Assembly: GCA_963805855.1 (NCBI GenBank)
Contig: CAWDVW010000002.1
Span: forward strand, 352,001 to 416,000
Length of the DNA stretch: 64,000 nt
Direction of reading: 5' to 3'
From: Candidatus Dadabacteria bacterium
GTDB taxonomy: Bacteria > Desulfobacterota_D > UBA1144 > Nemesobacterales > CSP1-2
The position numbers were made by a program, and so were the translations under genes. Shown here piece by piece: positions 50,014 through 61,274 of the stretch. The notes under the pieces are model-generated. The model saw only the letters and a list, made by a program, of their open reading frames with translations, ran no database searches and was not told where the DNA came from. The number at the start of each line of letters is the position of its first letter. Within the stretch, counting starts at the first letter, position 1.

Positions 50014-50117
50014 GATGCAAGATACATGATGCATGATACAGGATATAAAAGGCCAAATAATCTTGCATCTTGTATCCTGGATCATGGATCCTGCATCCTG
50101 CATCATGCATCATGAAT
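50014..50117. repeat. Palindromic 7-bp-periodic element, GATnCAn type
   Basis: GATGCAA GATACAT GATGCAT GATACAG, a spacer, then TGCATC/TGGATC units ending next to the carB ATG. Confidence 0.85.
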
Positions 50118-50119
50118 AA

Positions 50120-53100
50120 ATGCCTAAGCGAACCGACATCAAAAAGATACTCCTGATTGGCTCAGGGCCCATTGTTATCGGGCAGGCCTGTGAGTTTGAT
50201 TATTCCGGAACGCAAGCCTGTAAAGCACTTCGAGAAGAAGGCTATCAGATCGTACTCGTAAACAGCAATCCAGCAACAATAATGACAGATCCAACAGTCG
50301 CGGAAAGAACCTATATAGAACCGCTCGTACCCGAAATTGTTGAAAAGATCATCGCGAAGGAACTTCCTCAAGCATTGCTGCCAACCCTTGGAGGACAGAC
50401 AGCCCTGAACCTCGCCGTTCAGCTTTCCGAGACAGGGGTTCTGGATAGATTCGGAGTCGAATTAATTGGGGCGAAACTAAGCGCAATAAAGAAAGCCGAG
50501 AACAGGAATCTATTCAAAGAATCAATTAATAAAATCGGGCTAAAGGTTCCACCAAGCGGAGTTGCTCATTCCATAAACCAAGCATGGGATATTGTAAGCG
50601 ATATTGGATTCCCCGTTATCATTCGCCCTTCATTCACGCTGGGAGGTACTGGAGGAAGCGTAGCCTATAACAGAGAGGAGTTTGAGGAATATGCAAAAGC
50701 CGGCCTAGATTTAAGCCCAGTAAGCGAGATCCTGATAGAACAATCAGTATTGGGCTGGAAGGAGTTTGAGCTTGAGGTCATGAGGGATGGAGAGGACAAC
50801 GTAGCCATAATATGTTCGATTGAAAATTTTGACCCAATGGGTGTTCATACCGGAGATAGCATTACTGTCGCGCCGGCCCAAACCCTGACTGATAAGGAGT
50901 ATCAGAGGATGAGAGACGCCGCTATCGCGATAATCAGGGAGATAGGGGTTGATACCGGTGGGTCAAATATTCAATTCGCAATTAACCCAGAGGATGGCGA
51001 AATCGTCGTGATTGAAATGAACCCGAGAGTCTCAAGGAGCTCAGCGCTTGCTTCCAAAGCGACCGGGTATCCAATCGCTAAGATCGCAGCCAAGCTTGCT
51101 ATTGGATATACACTCGATGAGATTCCCAATGATATAACTCGTTATACCCCTGCTTCGTTCGAACCCACAATTGACTATGCTGTAGTAAAAATACCTAGAT
51201 TCGCGTTCGAAAAATTTCCACAGACCGAGCCTTTACTGACGACCCAGATGAAATCCGTCGGCGAGGTTATGGCGATCGGAAGAACATTCAAGGAAGCGCT
51301 ACAAAAAGCTATCCGTTCTCTAGAAATCGATTCTTCAGGGTTGGAGCCAATCACCACCAACTTGGAGTTGATTAGAGAAAAATTATTAATACCTAATCCT
51401 GAAAGATTATGGTATATAGCAGACGCAATCAGGTGTGGACTTGATATCCAGGAAATTAACTATCTAACTAAGATCGACCCGTGGTTCCTTGAAAATATAA
51501 ACCATATCGTTGAAACGGAAAATCAGATAAGGATATTCAATTCAGATGATTTGCCAGGTCCCATGCTGCGACATGCAAAGGAAATTGGGTTTTCAGATAT
51601 AAGATTGGCCGAGCTTACGAATACGAGCCAGGACGAAATCCGAAAAAAGTCCGAAGAGCTCAAAATCAAAAAGGCATACAAAATGGTGGATACATGCGCC
51701 GCCGAATTTGAGGCATACACTCCATATCTTTACTCAACTTACGAAGGGGAAGACGAAGCACTTCCAGACCAGAAAAGAAAGATTGTCATTTTTGGAGGGG
51801 GCCCAAACAGGATAGGACAGGGTATAGAATTCGATTATAGCTGTGTTCATGCATCCATGTGTTTAAAGGAAGAAGGATTCGAATCCATAATGGTCAATTG
51901 TAATCCAGAAACCGTGAGTACAGATTACGACACCTCAGATAGATTATATTTTGAACCCCTGACTTTAGAAGACACATTATCGATTATCCAAAAGGAAAAA
52001 CCATCGGGTGTGATTGTACAGCTCGGGGGTCAAACACCTCTTAAGCTCGCAATTCCACTTGCGAGTAGGGGCGTAAATGTAATCGGGACATCTCCTCAAG
52101 ACATTGATCTTGCAGAAGATCGGGAAAGATTCAGAGATCTAATAATAGATTTAGGTCTCAAGCAGCCTAAAAGCGGTATCGCGAGAAGTGTGGATGAAGC
52201 GAAACGTATCGCTTTCGAAATTGGATTCCCCGTAATGGTTAGACCCTCCTATGTACTTGGCGGCCGAGCCATGGAAATTGTCTATAGTGAGGGAGCCCTA
52301 ATAAGTTACACGAATGCAGCTGTAAAGGTATCGCCCAATCAACCGATACTCATAGACGAATTTATAAAGGATGCCAAGGAACTGGATGTGGACGCCATTT
52401 CTGACGGGGAACTAGTAGTTGTAGGAGGTATTTTGGAGCACATAGAAGAGGCCGGTGTCCATTCTGGGGATAGCGCCATGGTGCTCCCCCCCTTTTCTGT
52501 AGAAGCTCCTCTCATCGAGGAAATCATTCGTCAGACTAAAACTCTTGCATTAGCCCTCAATGTAAAAGGCTTGATGAACATCCAATTCGCGATTAAAGAT
52601 CAAGATGTCTATGTGCTCGAAGTAAATCCGAGGGCAAGCCGCACAATTCCATTTGTTAGTAAGGCCATAGGAATTCCACTCGCTAAACTGGGAACAAAGG
52701 TAATGCTAGGGAAAAGTCTGAATCGACTAGGCTTCACAAAGGAAATTGTGCCAAAACACATATGTATAAAAGAATCGGTTTTCCCCTTCATAAAATTTCC
52801 AGGCGTAGATACTATTCTGGGCCCTGAAATGAAGTCAACCGGGGAAGTGATGGGGATAGACACCGAACTCAGACGTACATTTGCAAAGGCGCAGATCGCA
52901 GCAGGCACGTTCCTCCCCCTCGAGGGCACAGCTTTCGTAAGTGTCAAGGATGAGGACAAACCTAAGGTAATATCCATAGCTAAGAAGCTAAAGGATCTTG
53001 GTTTTAAGCTGATGTGCACAATGGGTACTGCTTTATATCTAGAGAAGCATAAAATTAATTGCGATACGGTAAACAAGGTCATAGAAGGAAGACCTCACAT

Positions 53101-53356
53101 CGTCGACCACATAAAAAATGGCGATGTACAACTAGTTGTCAACACTACCTTTGGCGAAAAGGAGATTTCACAGTCTTACTCAATAAGAAGGGAATCTCTT
53201 ATCAAGAACGTTCCTTACTTTACAACAATCGCAGCCTCAAGGGCTGCAGTAGACGCTATAGAAGTATTAAAAACGGAGGGATTAGAGGTAAGAGCACTTC
53301 AGGATTACTATAACGATACTACAAATCCCAAATTACAAGCACCAAATTTCAAATAA
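50120..53356 (+). CDS. carB: Carbamoyl-phosphate synthase large subunit
   Basis: [30 protein letters not shown] start, two ATP-grasp halves and an MGS domain. Confidence 0.98.
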   Translation: MPKRTDIKKILLIGSGPIVIGQACEFDYSGTQACKALREEGYQIVLVNSNPATIMTDPTVAERTYIEPLVPEIVEKIIAKELPQALLPTLGGQTALNLAVQLSETGVLDRFGVELIGAKLSAIKKAENRNLFKESINKIGLKVPPSGVAHSINQAWDIVSDIGFPVIIRPSFTLGGTGGSVAYNREEFEEYAKAGLDLSPVSEILIEQSVLGWKEFELEVMRDGEDNVAIICSIENFDPMGVHTGDSITVAPAQTLTDKEYQRMRDAAIAIIREIGVDTGGSNIQFAINPEDGEIVVIEMNPRVSRSSALASKATGYPIAKIAAKLAIGYTLDEIPNDITRYTPASFEPTIDYAVVKIPRFAFEKFPQTEPLLTTQMKSVGEVMAIGRTFKEALQKAIRSLEIDSSGLEPITTNLELIREKLLIPNPERLWYIADAIRCGLDIQEINYLTKIDPWFLENINHIVETENQIRIFNSDDLPGPMLRHAKEIGFSDIRLAELTNTSQDEIRKKSEELKIKKAYKMVDTCAAEFEAYTPYLYSTYEGEDEALPDQKRKIVIFGGGPNRIGQGIEFDYSCVHASMCLKEEGFESIMVNCNPETVSTDYDTSDRLYFEPLTLEDTLSIIQKEKPSGVIVQLGGQTPLKLAIPLASRGVNVIGTSPQDIDLAEDRERFRDLIIDLGLKQPKSGIARSVDEAKRIAFEIGFPVMVRPSYVLGGRAMEIVYSEGALISYTNAAVKVSPNQPILIDEFIKDAKELDVDAISDGELVVVGGILEHIEEAGVHSGDSAMVLPPFSVEAPLIEEIIRQTKTLALALNVKGLMNIQFAIKDQDVYVLEVNPRASRTIPFVSKAIGIPLAKLGTKVMLGKSLNRLGFTKEIVPKHICIKESVFPFIKFPGVDTILGPEMKSTGEVMGIDTELRRTFAKAQIAAGTFLPLEGTAFVSVKDEDKPKVISIAKKLKDLGFKLMCTMGTALYLEKHKINCDTVNKVIEGRPHIVDHIKNGDVQLVVNTTFGEKEISQSYSIRRESLIKNVPYFTTIAASRAAVDAIEVLKTEGLEVRALQDYYNDTTNPKLQAPNFK

Positions 53357-53450
53357 ATTTAAAGCACCAAACTCCAAATCAGAAGTATTTATATCTGGAA
53401 TTTGAAATTTTGGGTTTGTTTGGGATTCGTAATTTGATCATTGGTGCTTG
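53322..53450. repeat. Palindromic 7-bp-periodic element, AAATnnC type, copy 2
   Basis: AAATCCC AAATTAC AAGCACC AAATTTC ... GGAATTT GAAATTT. It overlaps the last codons of carB. Confidence 0.78.
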
Positions 53451-53481
53451 TTAATTTAAAGTAAAAGGAGGAAAAGATAAT

Positions 53482-53958
53482 ATGTCTTCTGATAGGGTCC
53501 CAATAACACCGGACGGCTTTAGGAAGCTTCAAGAAGAGCTAAATAGGTTAATTTCTGAAGAGCGGCCACGGGTCATAAAGATGATAGAACATGCGAGATC
53601 ACTGGGGGACCTCTCCGAAAACGCCGAATATGATACTGCAAAGGATCGACAGGGTTTCATCGAGGCAAGGATACAGGAGCTAAAGAGCAAGGTAGCACGG
53701 GCTGAAGTAATAGACCCTGAAAAACTTCCTCGGAAAGACAGAGTTATGTTTGGCGTTCGCGTGAGGCTTGAGGATATTGAAACCGGGAATACCGTTGCAT
53801 ACCAACTCGTAGGACCGGATGAATCAGAACCCGAGAGAGGGCTTATTTCCGTAGCGTCCCCCATCGGTAGAGCATTACTTGGAAAGCGAGTTGACGACGA
53901 GGCCCGGGTTCACACACCCGGGGGCATACGGGAATTTGTGATCCTGGAGATCGAATGA
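53482..53958 (+). CDS. greA: Transcription elongation factor GreA
   Basis: GDLSENAEY and ISVASPIGRALLGK. Confidence 0.96.
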   Translation: MSSDRVPITPDGFRKLQEELNRLISEERPRVIKMIEHARSLGDLSENAEYDTAKDRQGFIEARIQELKSKVARAEVIDPEKLPRKDRVMFGVRVRLEDIETGNTVAYQLVGPDESEPERGLISVASPIGRALLGKRVDDEARVHTPGGIREFVILEIE

Positions 53959-54367
53959 TTTACCCCCTAATTTCTGCTGAATCGGCAAGACCTTCGGTTG
54001 AAAGTGATCGCGCGGCTTAAATGCCCACAGGCAACCCCGATCATGACCAGACGGTGCTTGGGAGTCGATCGTAATGGCAATTTGTCGCATATCATCTTCA
54101 AAGCCAATTCTGTTTTCTATATCAGTTCCATTTTCGACCCGATCGTGCTGAGCCAGGTTGAAGCACGTAAACGGTAGTCTTATCATCTTTTGAGGATTCC
54201 CGATTCACTAAATCCAATCTAGCCTTTTGCCATTTAAGCTAATTAAGATTCGGTCTTGACATATTTGTTTTATCTTCTCGTTGTGAACCTAAAATCGTTT
54301 GATTTTTCCTATTTGTAGAGGAAAAAATCTATGATAAGGTAATACACCCAAAAAAAGGAGTTAATGA

Positions 54368-55726
54368 GTGATGCAGGATAATCTAGTAAAAACGCTTTCC
54401 GACATAAGCGGCCTTATCTGGGGCATGCCTCTAATCATACTTCTTCTGGGCACCGGAATATATCTCACGATAATACTAAGAGGGATTCAATTTCGGGCTC
54501 TAATACCCTCATTATATCTAGCTCTTATCAAAAGGAAAGAGAAGGAATCATCAGAGGGAGATATTACACACTTCCAGGCGCTCATGACCGCCCTTTCCGC
54601 CACAGTCGGAGTTGGAAACATTGCCGGTGTTGCTACGGCTATCGCGTTAGGTGGGCCAGGCGCACTTTTCTGGATGTGGGTAACCGGTCTATTCGGAATG
54701 GCTACCAAATACTCTGAGGCCGTGTTAGCGATTAAATATAGAGAGGTAGACAAGTTCAACACTATGAGCGGCGGCCCGATGTACTATATATCTAAAGGGC
54801 TGGGAATCAAATGGCTCGGAGTAATTTTTGCAGTTTTTGCTTCAATCGCCGCCTTCGGAATTGGCAACATGGTCCAATCAAACTCAGTGGCAAAGGGACT
54901 GGAGTCAACTTTTGGGATTTCACCATGGGCTACAGGGGCTGTATTGTCTATTGCAACTGGGATGGTGATTCTCGGAGGGATTAGAAGTATAGCAAGGACT
55001 GCAAGTGCTATTGTCCCGTTCATGATAATCCTGTATATCGTTGGCGCGATTTTGACGCTGATCGCACACTATACAAACATTCCACAGGCTTTTAAATTGA
55101 TTTTCGTTCATGCATTCAGCCCCACTGCCGTAACTGGCGGATTTTTAGGAACAGCTTTGTCACAAACGGTCAGGATCGGGGTCGCAAGGGGAATATTCTC
55201 AAATGAATCCGGGCTTGGAAGCTCTCCCATAGTCGCCGCCGCGGCAAAGACCCGTAACCCCGTCGCACAGGGCCTAGTTTCTATGACACAAACCTTCATT
55301 GACACAATCGTAGTATGCACATTTACCGGGCTCGTCATTATCTCCAGCGGCGCATGGACAAGCGGAGAGACGGGAGCCGCGCTTTCAACGCTTGCTTTCG
55401 AAAAGGGTGTGCCATATAAATTAGGTGCTAAAATAGTTTCACTAAGTCTTGCATTCTTTGCTTATTCCACTCTACTTGGATGGTCTTATTACGGAGAGAA
55501 ATCTATAGAGTATCTGTTTAAAGAGCGTGCTGTGAAACCGTATAGAGTAATTTTCACGGTTGTAGTTTTAATTGGTGCAGTCGTTCAACTTGATTTAGTC
55601 TGGACTTTCGCAGATATCATGAACGGACTCATGGCATTCCCAAACCTTATCGGCCTCCTCGGGCTCTCGAAGGTTGTTGTGGAGGAGACAAAGAAATATC
55701 TGGATCTCGAGATATCAGGAAAGTAG
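54368..55726 (+). CDS. Sodium:alanine (alanine/glycine:cation) symporter
   Basis: [14 protein letters not shown]...[16 protein letters not shown] and FSNESGLGS. Confidence 0.93.
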   Translation: MMQDNLVKTLSDISGLIWGMPLIILLLGTGIYLTIILRGIQFRALIPSLYLALIKRKEKESSEGDITHFQALMTALSATVGVGNIAGVATAIALGGPGALFWMWVTGLFGMATKYSEAVLAIKYREVDKFNTMSGGPMYYISKGLGIKWLGVIFAVFASIAAFGIGNMVQSNSVAKGLESTFGISPWATGAVLSIATGMVILGGIRSIARTASAIVPFMIILYIVGAILTLIAHYTNIPQAFKLIFVHAFSPTAVTGGFLGTALSQTVRIGVARGIFSNESGLGSSPIVAAAAKTRNPVAQGLVSMTQTFIDTIVVCTFTGLVIISSGAWTSGETGAALSTLAFEKGVPYKLGAKIVSLSLAFFAYSTLLGWSYYGEKSIEYLFKERAVKPYRVIFTVVVLIGAVVQLDLVWTFADIMNGLMAFPNLIGLLGLSKVVVEETKKYLDLEISGK

Positions 55727-55950
55727 GATCACTTCCTTTTTAATCAACAATGCATGAAGAATGTTGCCGTTGCTAACGATAGCGAAGTAACCTCTATTTT
55801 CTAGATTGCTTCGCCACGGAGCTTGCCGCTCACCCTGAGTGATGTCGAAGGGTGAACGGTTCTTTTTATTAAAACAATGCTCTTCCTCCGAAGTAGCCAT
55901 TAATAAGAAATCAAAGTGAATTATTCTTAACCATTTTTCTAAAAACCTAT

Positions 55951-55979
55951 TTGACTTTATTTCCTAAAGTTAATAAAAT
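55951..55979 (+). promoter_or_regulatory. Sigma70-type promoter with an overlapping inverted repeat (candidate operator)
   Basis: TTGACT-N17-TAAAAT, with a TTGACTTTA-N5-TAAAGTTAA dyad. Confidence 0.6.
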
Positions 55980-56012
55980 GTGGAATATAGTTAACGCCTA
56001 ATCGGGGAAAGA

Positions 56013-56462
56013 ATGTCGAAATATATCATTAAAATCGCTGAAACTGATGATGAACTAAAAGAATATTTTCGTGTTCGCAACGAGGTTTTTGTAAAGGAGC
56101 AAGGGATATTTACCGAGACAGATGTTGACGAACATGATCCGAGCGCAACTCACATAATCGCAGTCGAAGCCTCAAGCAGTAATGTAGTAGGCGTTGTCAG
56201 ATGCTACAGTAAGGATGGAAACACATGGTTTGGCGGCAGACTGGGAGCCTTACCAGATTACCGCAATGGCAGGGTTGGGTCTCGTCTTGTGCGATTTGCT
56301 GTGAGTACTGCTAAATCAAAGGGCTGCAAAAAATTCCTGGCATACATACAGCCCAACAATGTGAGATTCTTCCAGAGACTTGATTGGGAAAAAATAGGAG
56401 AGCCAATTATCTATGAAGGCATGCCACACCAATTGATGGAAGCGAATTTGGATTCGTACTAA
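56013..56462 (+). CDS. GNAT acetyltransferase, MSMEG_0567/Sll0786-like (Nit1C-associated)
   Basis: R..VFV.EQGIF...D.DEHD, WFGGRL, LVRFAVSTA...GC..FLA.IQ..NV.FF..L.W and PHQLMEA.L. Confidence 0.85.
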   Translation: MSKYIIKIAETDDELKEYFRVRNEVFVKEQGIFTETDVDEHDPSATHIIAVEASSSNVVGVVRCYSKDGNTWFGGRLGALPDYRNGRVGSRLVRFAVSTAKSKGCKKFLAYIQPNNVRFFQRLDWEKIGEPIIYEGMPHQLMEANLDSY

Positions 56463-56465
56463 TAT

Positions 56466-56562
56466 CACGATGCACGATGCAGGATTCAGGATGCAACTAT
56501 GAAAAAAAAGAACTTACATCGTGCATCATGCATCATGGATCATGTATGGTGAATCGTGCATC
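56466..56562. repeat. Palindromic 7-bp-periodic element, GATnCAn type
   Basis: GATGCAC GATGCAG GATTCAG GATGCAA, an A-rich spacer, then TGCATC units. Confidence 0.85.
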
Positions 56563-56610
56563 CGCAATTGTTGACGATACCGTGTTATTAAAAAAGAATG
56601 GGAATCCACT

Positions 56611-57600
56611 ATGGATGAGCTAATAACTGCTTTACGCAGCTCCACACGTTTAGCCGAAAAGGTAAATTTAAGGAACCTCTGGGACATCATACCGGGTGTC
56701 TGCGAAGTTGACGGTAGAAATGTGATTCTTGGTGACGATGCGGCTGCTATAGAGACAAACGATGGTTATCTATTGGCGGCGGCTGAAGGCGTTTACCCCG
56801 AACTTCTGAAATCAAATCCCTACCTTGCAGGGCGCACCTCAGTCCTCACAAATGTGAGCGATATTTACGCTATGGGTGGAAGACCAATAGCGATCCTGGA
56901 TGTACTATTTTCACCCAATTTAGAAGAAGTCAATGATATAGTGCGAGGTATAAAGGATAATGCGTACCGATATCATGTACCACTTGTAGGAGGTCATTTA
57001 AATCGCCGAACAAATTTCTCTTCCCTCTCAGTCTTTATCATAGGTAGGGCTACAAGCCTACTCTCCAGTTTTAATGCCCAAGAAGGCGATGACTTGGTTT
57101 TCGTTTGCAGCCTAGATGGAAAATTCTATTCGGGATTTAATTTCTGGGATTCCTCCAGCGAATTGAGTAGTGAAGACGCTCTCAGACAATTGGAATTGTT
57201 TCCGCGACTTGCGGAAGAAGGAAAGGTTGATACCGCGAAGGACGTTAGCATGGCAGGTTTAATTGGATCAGTACTGATGCTTTTGGAGTGTTCCGGAAAA
57301 GGTGCGGAGATACAAATAGAGAGGATTCCGAAGCCTGATGAGATCCCATTGAGGGATTGGTTGATTACCTTCCCGAGTTACGGATTTATTCTATCGATAA
57401 GACCGCAATACACCGCAGACGTTAAGAAGATATTCGATTCCATTAATCTCACGTGCGAAGTGATCGGTAAGATTATCGGCGGCAGTAATGTCTCATTTGT
57501 AAAAAATGGCGCTGAGAAAAGACTATTCTGGGACACCGAAGTCCAGCCCTTAATTGGTATTGGAAAAGATAGATTTAATAAGGTGAAAAATGGGAAATGA
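56611..57600 (+). CDS. AIR synthase/PurM-superfamily protein, Sll0787-like
   Basis: GDDAAAI, NVSDIYAMGGRP, VPLVGGH, AKDVSMAG and WLITFPSYGF. Confidence 0.87.
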   Translation: MDELITALRSSTRLAEKVNLRNLWDIIPGVCEVDGRNVILGDDAAAIETNDGYLLAAAEGVYPELLKSNPYLAGRTSVLTNVSDIYAMGGRPIAILDVLFSPNLEEVNDIVRGIKDNAYRYHVPLVGGHLNRRTNFSSLSVFIIGRATSLLSSFNAQEGDDLVFVCSLDGKFYSGFNFWDSSSELSSEDALRQLELFPRLAEEGKVDTAKDVSMAGLIGSVLMLLECSGKGAEIQIERIPKPDEIPLRDWLITFPSYGFILSIRPQYTADVKKIFDSINLTCEVIGKIIGGSNVSFVKNGAEKRLFWDTEVQPLIGIGKDRFNKVKNGK

Positions 57601-58177
57601 ACAGAATCAGATAGAGGACATAGTTTCCAAACTAGGTGAAAAAATCAAACGAATCCGATTGGATAGGGGCCTGTCCCTTAAAGACTTGTCGGTAAAATCG
57701 GGGATCTCCGCAGCAGCCATCCACAAGATAGAGTCTAATGGAATAATCCCGACTATAACGACCATGATGAAGATCTCCGACGCCCTGGGAAAAGAAGTAA
57801 GCTATTTCATCGAAGAAAAACGGGGGAAAAAAGATGTCTTTTACGTACCTGCTCGAAAACGTGAAAGCATTTTCACATTTAAGAAGGGATTAAAGCTTCG
57901 TGGCATTTCCGCAAAGAAATACGGAGATTTCATGATGACGGCCGCCTATGCGGTGGTTGATGTAGGGGCCTCAAGCGGTAGAAAACCAATGAAACATAGA
58001 GGAGAAGAGCTCGTATATTGCCTTAAAGGAAAAATGGAACTGCGAATAGGTAATGAAACATATACCCTTGGACCCGGCGACAGCATTCACTTCAGGACTG
58101 ACATCAATCATAGCTGGAAAAATACCGCCGACACTCAAGCAGAGTTAATTTGGGTGCTAGCCGTCGAGCCTTCATGA
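57590..58177 (+). CDS. XRE-family HTH plus cupin transcriptional regulator
   Basis: LGEKIKRIR...SLKDLS...IE...PTI HTH, and HRGEE...LGPGDSIHF...H cupin. Overlaps the upstream gene by 11 bp. Confidence 0.92.
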   Translation: MGNEQNQIEDIVSKLGEKIKRIRLDRGLSLKDLSVKSGISAAAIHKIESNGIIPTITTMMKISDALGKEVSYFIEEKRGKKDVFYVPARKRESIFTFKKGLKLRGISAKKYGDFMMTAAYAVVDVGASSGRKPMKHRGEELVYCLKGKMELRIGNETYTLGPGDSIHFRTDINHSWKNTADTQAELIWVLAVEPS

Positions 58178-58178
58178 G

Positions 58179-58286
58179 GCAAGATACATGATGCAAGATG
58201 CAGGATACAGGATACAAGACAGTAGAAGAAAATATAAGTTAATCGTTAATCGTGAATCGTGAATCATGGATCGTGGATCATGCATC
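58179..58286. repeat. Palindromic 7-bp-periodic element, GATnCAn type
   Basis: GATACAT GATGCAA GATGCAG GATACAG GATACAA, a spacer, then TGAATCG/TGGATCA units. Confidence 0.85.
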
Positions 58287-58299
58287 TCTTATTAAGAAC

Positions 58300-59602
58300 A
58301 TGGTTGCTAAAATAAAAAGTCAGAAAAAAACAGAAACTAGGACATTAACGTATCTAGGTCAGCGAATTAATGAAGCCAACACACTTGCGGTAGACAGGAT
58401 CTTATCGGTTGAACCGGTTCTTCATTGATGTTGATACCGCAGTTAATGTAATACCGGGCATGACTCCCGATACTGTACTACATGCAGGTCCTCCGATTGA
58501 ATGGGAAAGAATGTGCGATCCGATGAAGAGGGCAGTTAGAGGAGCTTTAGTGCTCGAGGGCCTTGCGGAAAATGACGAGGCCGCGGACCAACTACTAAAA
58601 AGAAAAAAGGTAAAGCTCTCGCCAAATCATCACCATGACGCAGTGGGGCCTATGACCGGAATTATCTCGTCTTCAATGCCTGTTATTGTTACAAAAGACT
58701 CAACCTTCGGCAATAAAGTCTATTCCACGTTTAATGAGGGCGCAGGCAAAGTCCTATGGTTTGGGTCATTCGGAAAAGAGACCCTTGAGCGTCTCAAGTG
58801 GATTCGGGACATTTTTGGTCCCGTAATGAAGAAGGTTATCAAAAAAGCACAAGGCATCCCAATATGGAGCATCCTGGCCCAGGGAATTCAGATGGGAGAT
58901 GAGTGCCATAATCGTCACGCGGCATCATCAAATCTTTTTCTTAAAAGAATCCTAGAACCACTCGTTTCAATCGATCTTTCAAAAAAAGTCTTGTTGCAGG
59001 TCTATAACTTTATTGCCGGAAATAGCCATTTCTTTCTGAACATGACCATGACTGCATGTAAACTCTCGATGGACGCGGCAAGGGATATAAGAGAATCAAC
59101 CGTTGTCACAGCAATGTCTAGAAACGGGACTGATTTTGGTATTCGAATAAGTGGACTTGGGAATGAATGGTTCACGGCACCTGCTCCTTATCTCAAGGAT
59201 GCCCTTTATAACCCTGGATATAACTTCAATGACGGAGCCCCAGATATAGGCGATAGCTCAATCATAGAAACAATGGGACTTGGAGGGTTCGCCATCGCAG
59301 CCGCACCTGCAATGGCATCGTTTACCGGAGGAGGCTTTCAAGAGTCCATAAGAATTACAAAGGAGATGGGTCTAATAACTCTCGTAAAGAATCAGAAGTT
59401 CGGGATCCCGGTTTTGGATTTCGAGGGAACTCCCACAGGCATTGATTTACGAAAGGTCGTCGAAATTGGCATTAGTCCAAGTATAAACAGCGCCGTAGTA
59501 CATAAAAGCTCAGGCGCCGGTCAGATAGGCGCGGGAATCGTAAAGGCCCCATATGAATGTTTTTCGAAGGCGCTAAAGGCTTTTGGAAGGAAATACAGAT
59601 GA
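58300..59602 (+). CDS. DUF1116 / YlbE (AllG)-like protein with an apparent +1 frameshift near 58420-58424
   Basis: ATG 58300 gives INEANTLAVDRILSVEPVL and then TGA (58426-58428). The +1 frame continues IDVDTAVNVIPGM...LHAGPP...MGDECHNR...NSHFFLN...RNG...PDIGDS...GQIGAG. Confidence 0.85.
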
Positions 59603-59684
59603 TGCACGATACAGGATGCAAGATGCAGGATAATAAAAGAAAGTATGGGTTCATCGTGAATCATGCGTCATGAATCTTGAATCA
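59598..59684. repeat. Palindromic 7-bp-periodic element, GATnCAn type
   Basis: GATGCAC GATACAG GATGCAA GATGCAG, a spacer, then TGAATC units. Confidence 0.85.
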
Positions 59685-59697
59685 TTAAGAGAAAACC

Positions 59698-61257
59698 ATG
59701 GCTATAGTCAGCACGGTTAAGAAAAACTTCTATCAGGATTCGATGAAGCTTATGCAGATTAGCCAAAAGCTAAGCAATCTTAGCGGAATCAAAAAGGCGG
59801 CAGCAATCATGGCAACTAAAGCTAATCTAGCTATGCTGAAGGAGACGGGATTACTTAAGAAAGAAACTGATTCAGCCAGTCCTAACGATCTTATAGTAGC
59901 AATTGAAGCAGAATCTGAAAAAGAAGCAAATGAAGCTCTAAAGATGTTGGACACCCTTCTTGCCCCTCATCAAGCCGGCATTACCGCAAAATTTGAATAT
60001 AAGGATCTTGATTCAGCCCAAAATGATTTGCCTCAGTCGAATATTGCAGTCATTTCCGTTCCCGGAGAATATGCAAAGTTGGAGGTCGCGAAGGCTGTTG
60101 ACAGGGATCTCCATGTCTTTCTGTTTAGCGATAACGTATCAATCGGTGAAGAGATTGAGCTCAAGCTTAGGGCAAAAGAGAAGGGCTTACTAATGATGGG
60201 TCCTGGTTGTGGAACCGCGATCATCAATGGAGTAGGACTTGGATTTGCAAATGTCGTCAATCGGGGTCCAATAGGGGTTATCGCAGCCGCCGGGACTGGA
60301 ATGCAAGAAGTTACTAGCCTGATAAACAATTGGGGATCAGGAATTTCGCACGCAATCGGAGTCGGCGGTAGAGACCTGTCTGACAAGGTGGGGGGAATAA
60401 TGACGATAGAGGCAATAAGGATGCTTCAGGGCGATGAAGGAACAAAAGCCCTTCTTCTGGTTTCCAAGCCCCCTTCAGATAAGGTAGCAAGAAGGGTCAT
60501 AGATTTTATTCGCAAAGGTGGCCTACCAGCTGTTATATGCTTTCTCGGAATGAAAAACATTAAGGCTAAAGATTCAAAAACGCAGTTTGCCACAAATTTG
60601 GACCAATCCGCGCTTGACGCAATTAAACTGGTGGGAGCAGGGAATACCGCTCCCAAGGTTCTTTCTCACAACAAGTGGAAAAAAGCCGCTCAGAAGTGTC
60701 AAAGCCTTTTAAATACCGATCAGATTTATCTTCGCGGTTTATTCTCTGGTGGAACCCTTTGCTATGAAGCCCAGCAAATCCTGACGCCAATGCTCGGCAA
60801 AATATATTCCAATGCCCCACTCGATAAGCAAAACAAATTAAGACATTCAAACGTTAGCAAGCAGCACACATGTATTGATCTGGGCGAGGAAGAGTTTACG
60901 AAGGGACGCCCTCATCCGATGATTGATGCGACACAGCGAAATGAACGGTTACTACAAGAGGCATCCAAGCCCGATGTTGCCGTGATCCTATTCGACGTGG
61001 TACTTGGATATGGTGCAAGCTCTGACCCTGCCGGTGATCTGATTCCGGCTATAGATGAATCAAACAGATTAGCGAAAAAGAAAGGCCGTTCTATCGCATT
61101 TGTAGCACATGTTTGTGGTACAGAGCAAGACCCTCAGGATCTAAAATCGCAGGTCAAGAAGCTGGAAAAAGCCGGAGTCATTGTTCTTCCCACAAACGCT
61201 TTAGCGTCCAGAGTAGCAGGGTTAATAGCAAAAGGCATGAAGACTAAAATATCCTAA
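59698..61257 (+). CDS. fdrA: FdrA (AllF)-family protein, succinyl-CoA-synthetase-alpha-like fold
   Basis: YQDSMKLM, ISVPGEYA, FSDNV, MGPGCGT, GVGGRDL, GLFSGGTL and GRPHPMID (His of the phospho-His loop). Confidence 0.92.
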   Translation: MAIVSTVKKNFYQDSMKLMQISQKLSNLSGIKKAAAIMATKANLAMLKETGLLKKETDSASPNDLIVAIEAESEKEANEALKMLDTLLAPHQAGITAKFEYKDLDSAQNDLPQSNIAVISVPGEYAKLEVAKAVDRDLHVFLFSDNVSIGEEIELKLRAKEKGLLMMGPGCGTAIINGVGLGFANVVNRGPIGVIAAAGTGMQEVTSLINNWGSGISHAIGVGGRDLSDKVGGIMTIEAIRMLQGDEGTKALLLVSKPPSDKVARRVIDFIRKGGLPAVICFLGMKNIKAKDSKTQFATNLDQSALDAIKLVGAGNTAPKVLSHNKWKKAAQKCQSLLNTDQIYLRGLFSGGTLCYEAQQILTPMLGKIYSNAPLDKQNKLRHSNVSKQHTCIDLGEEEFTKGRPHPMIDATQRNERLLQEASKPDVAVILFDVVLGYGASSDPAGDLIPAIDESNRLAKKKGRSIAFVAHVCGTEQDPQDLKSQVKKLEKAGVIVLPTNALASRVAGLIAKGMKTKIS

Positions 61258-61274
61258 TAAGCGGAGGAAATGTA

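Noticed and set aside
53875-54186. 103-aa minus-strand ORF, or an amidase-like remnant (GLPVGI in another frame)
   Set aside because: It overlaps greA, and the similarity rests on six residues, which is too weak without BLASTX.
56466-59684. CRISPR array interpretation of the GATnCAn repeats
   Set aside because: The units are 7 bp, degenerate and arranged as inverted arms without unique spacers, and there are no cas genes.
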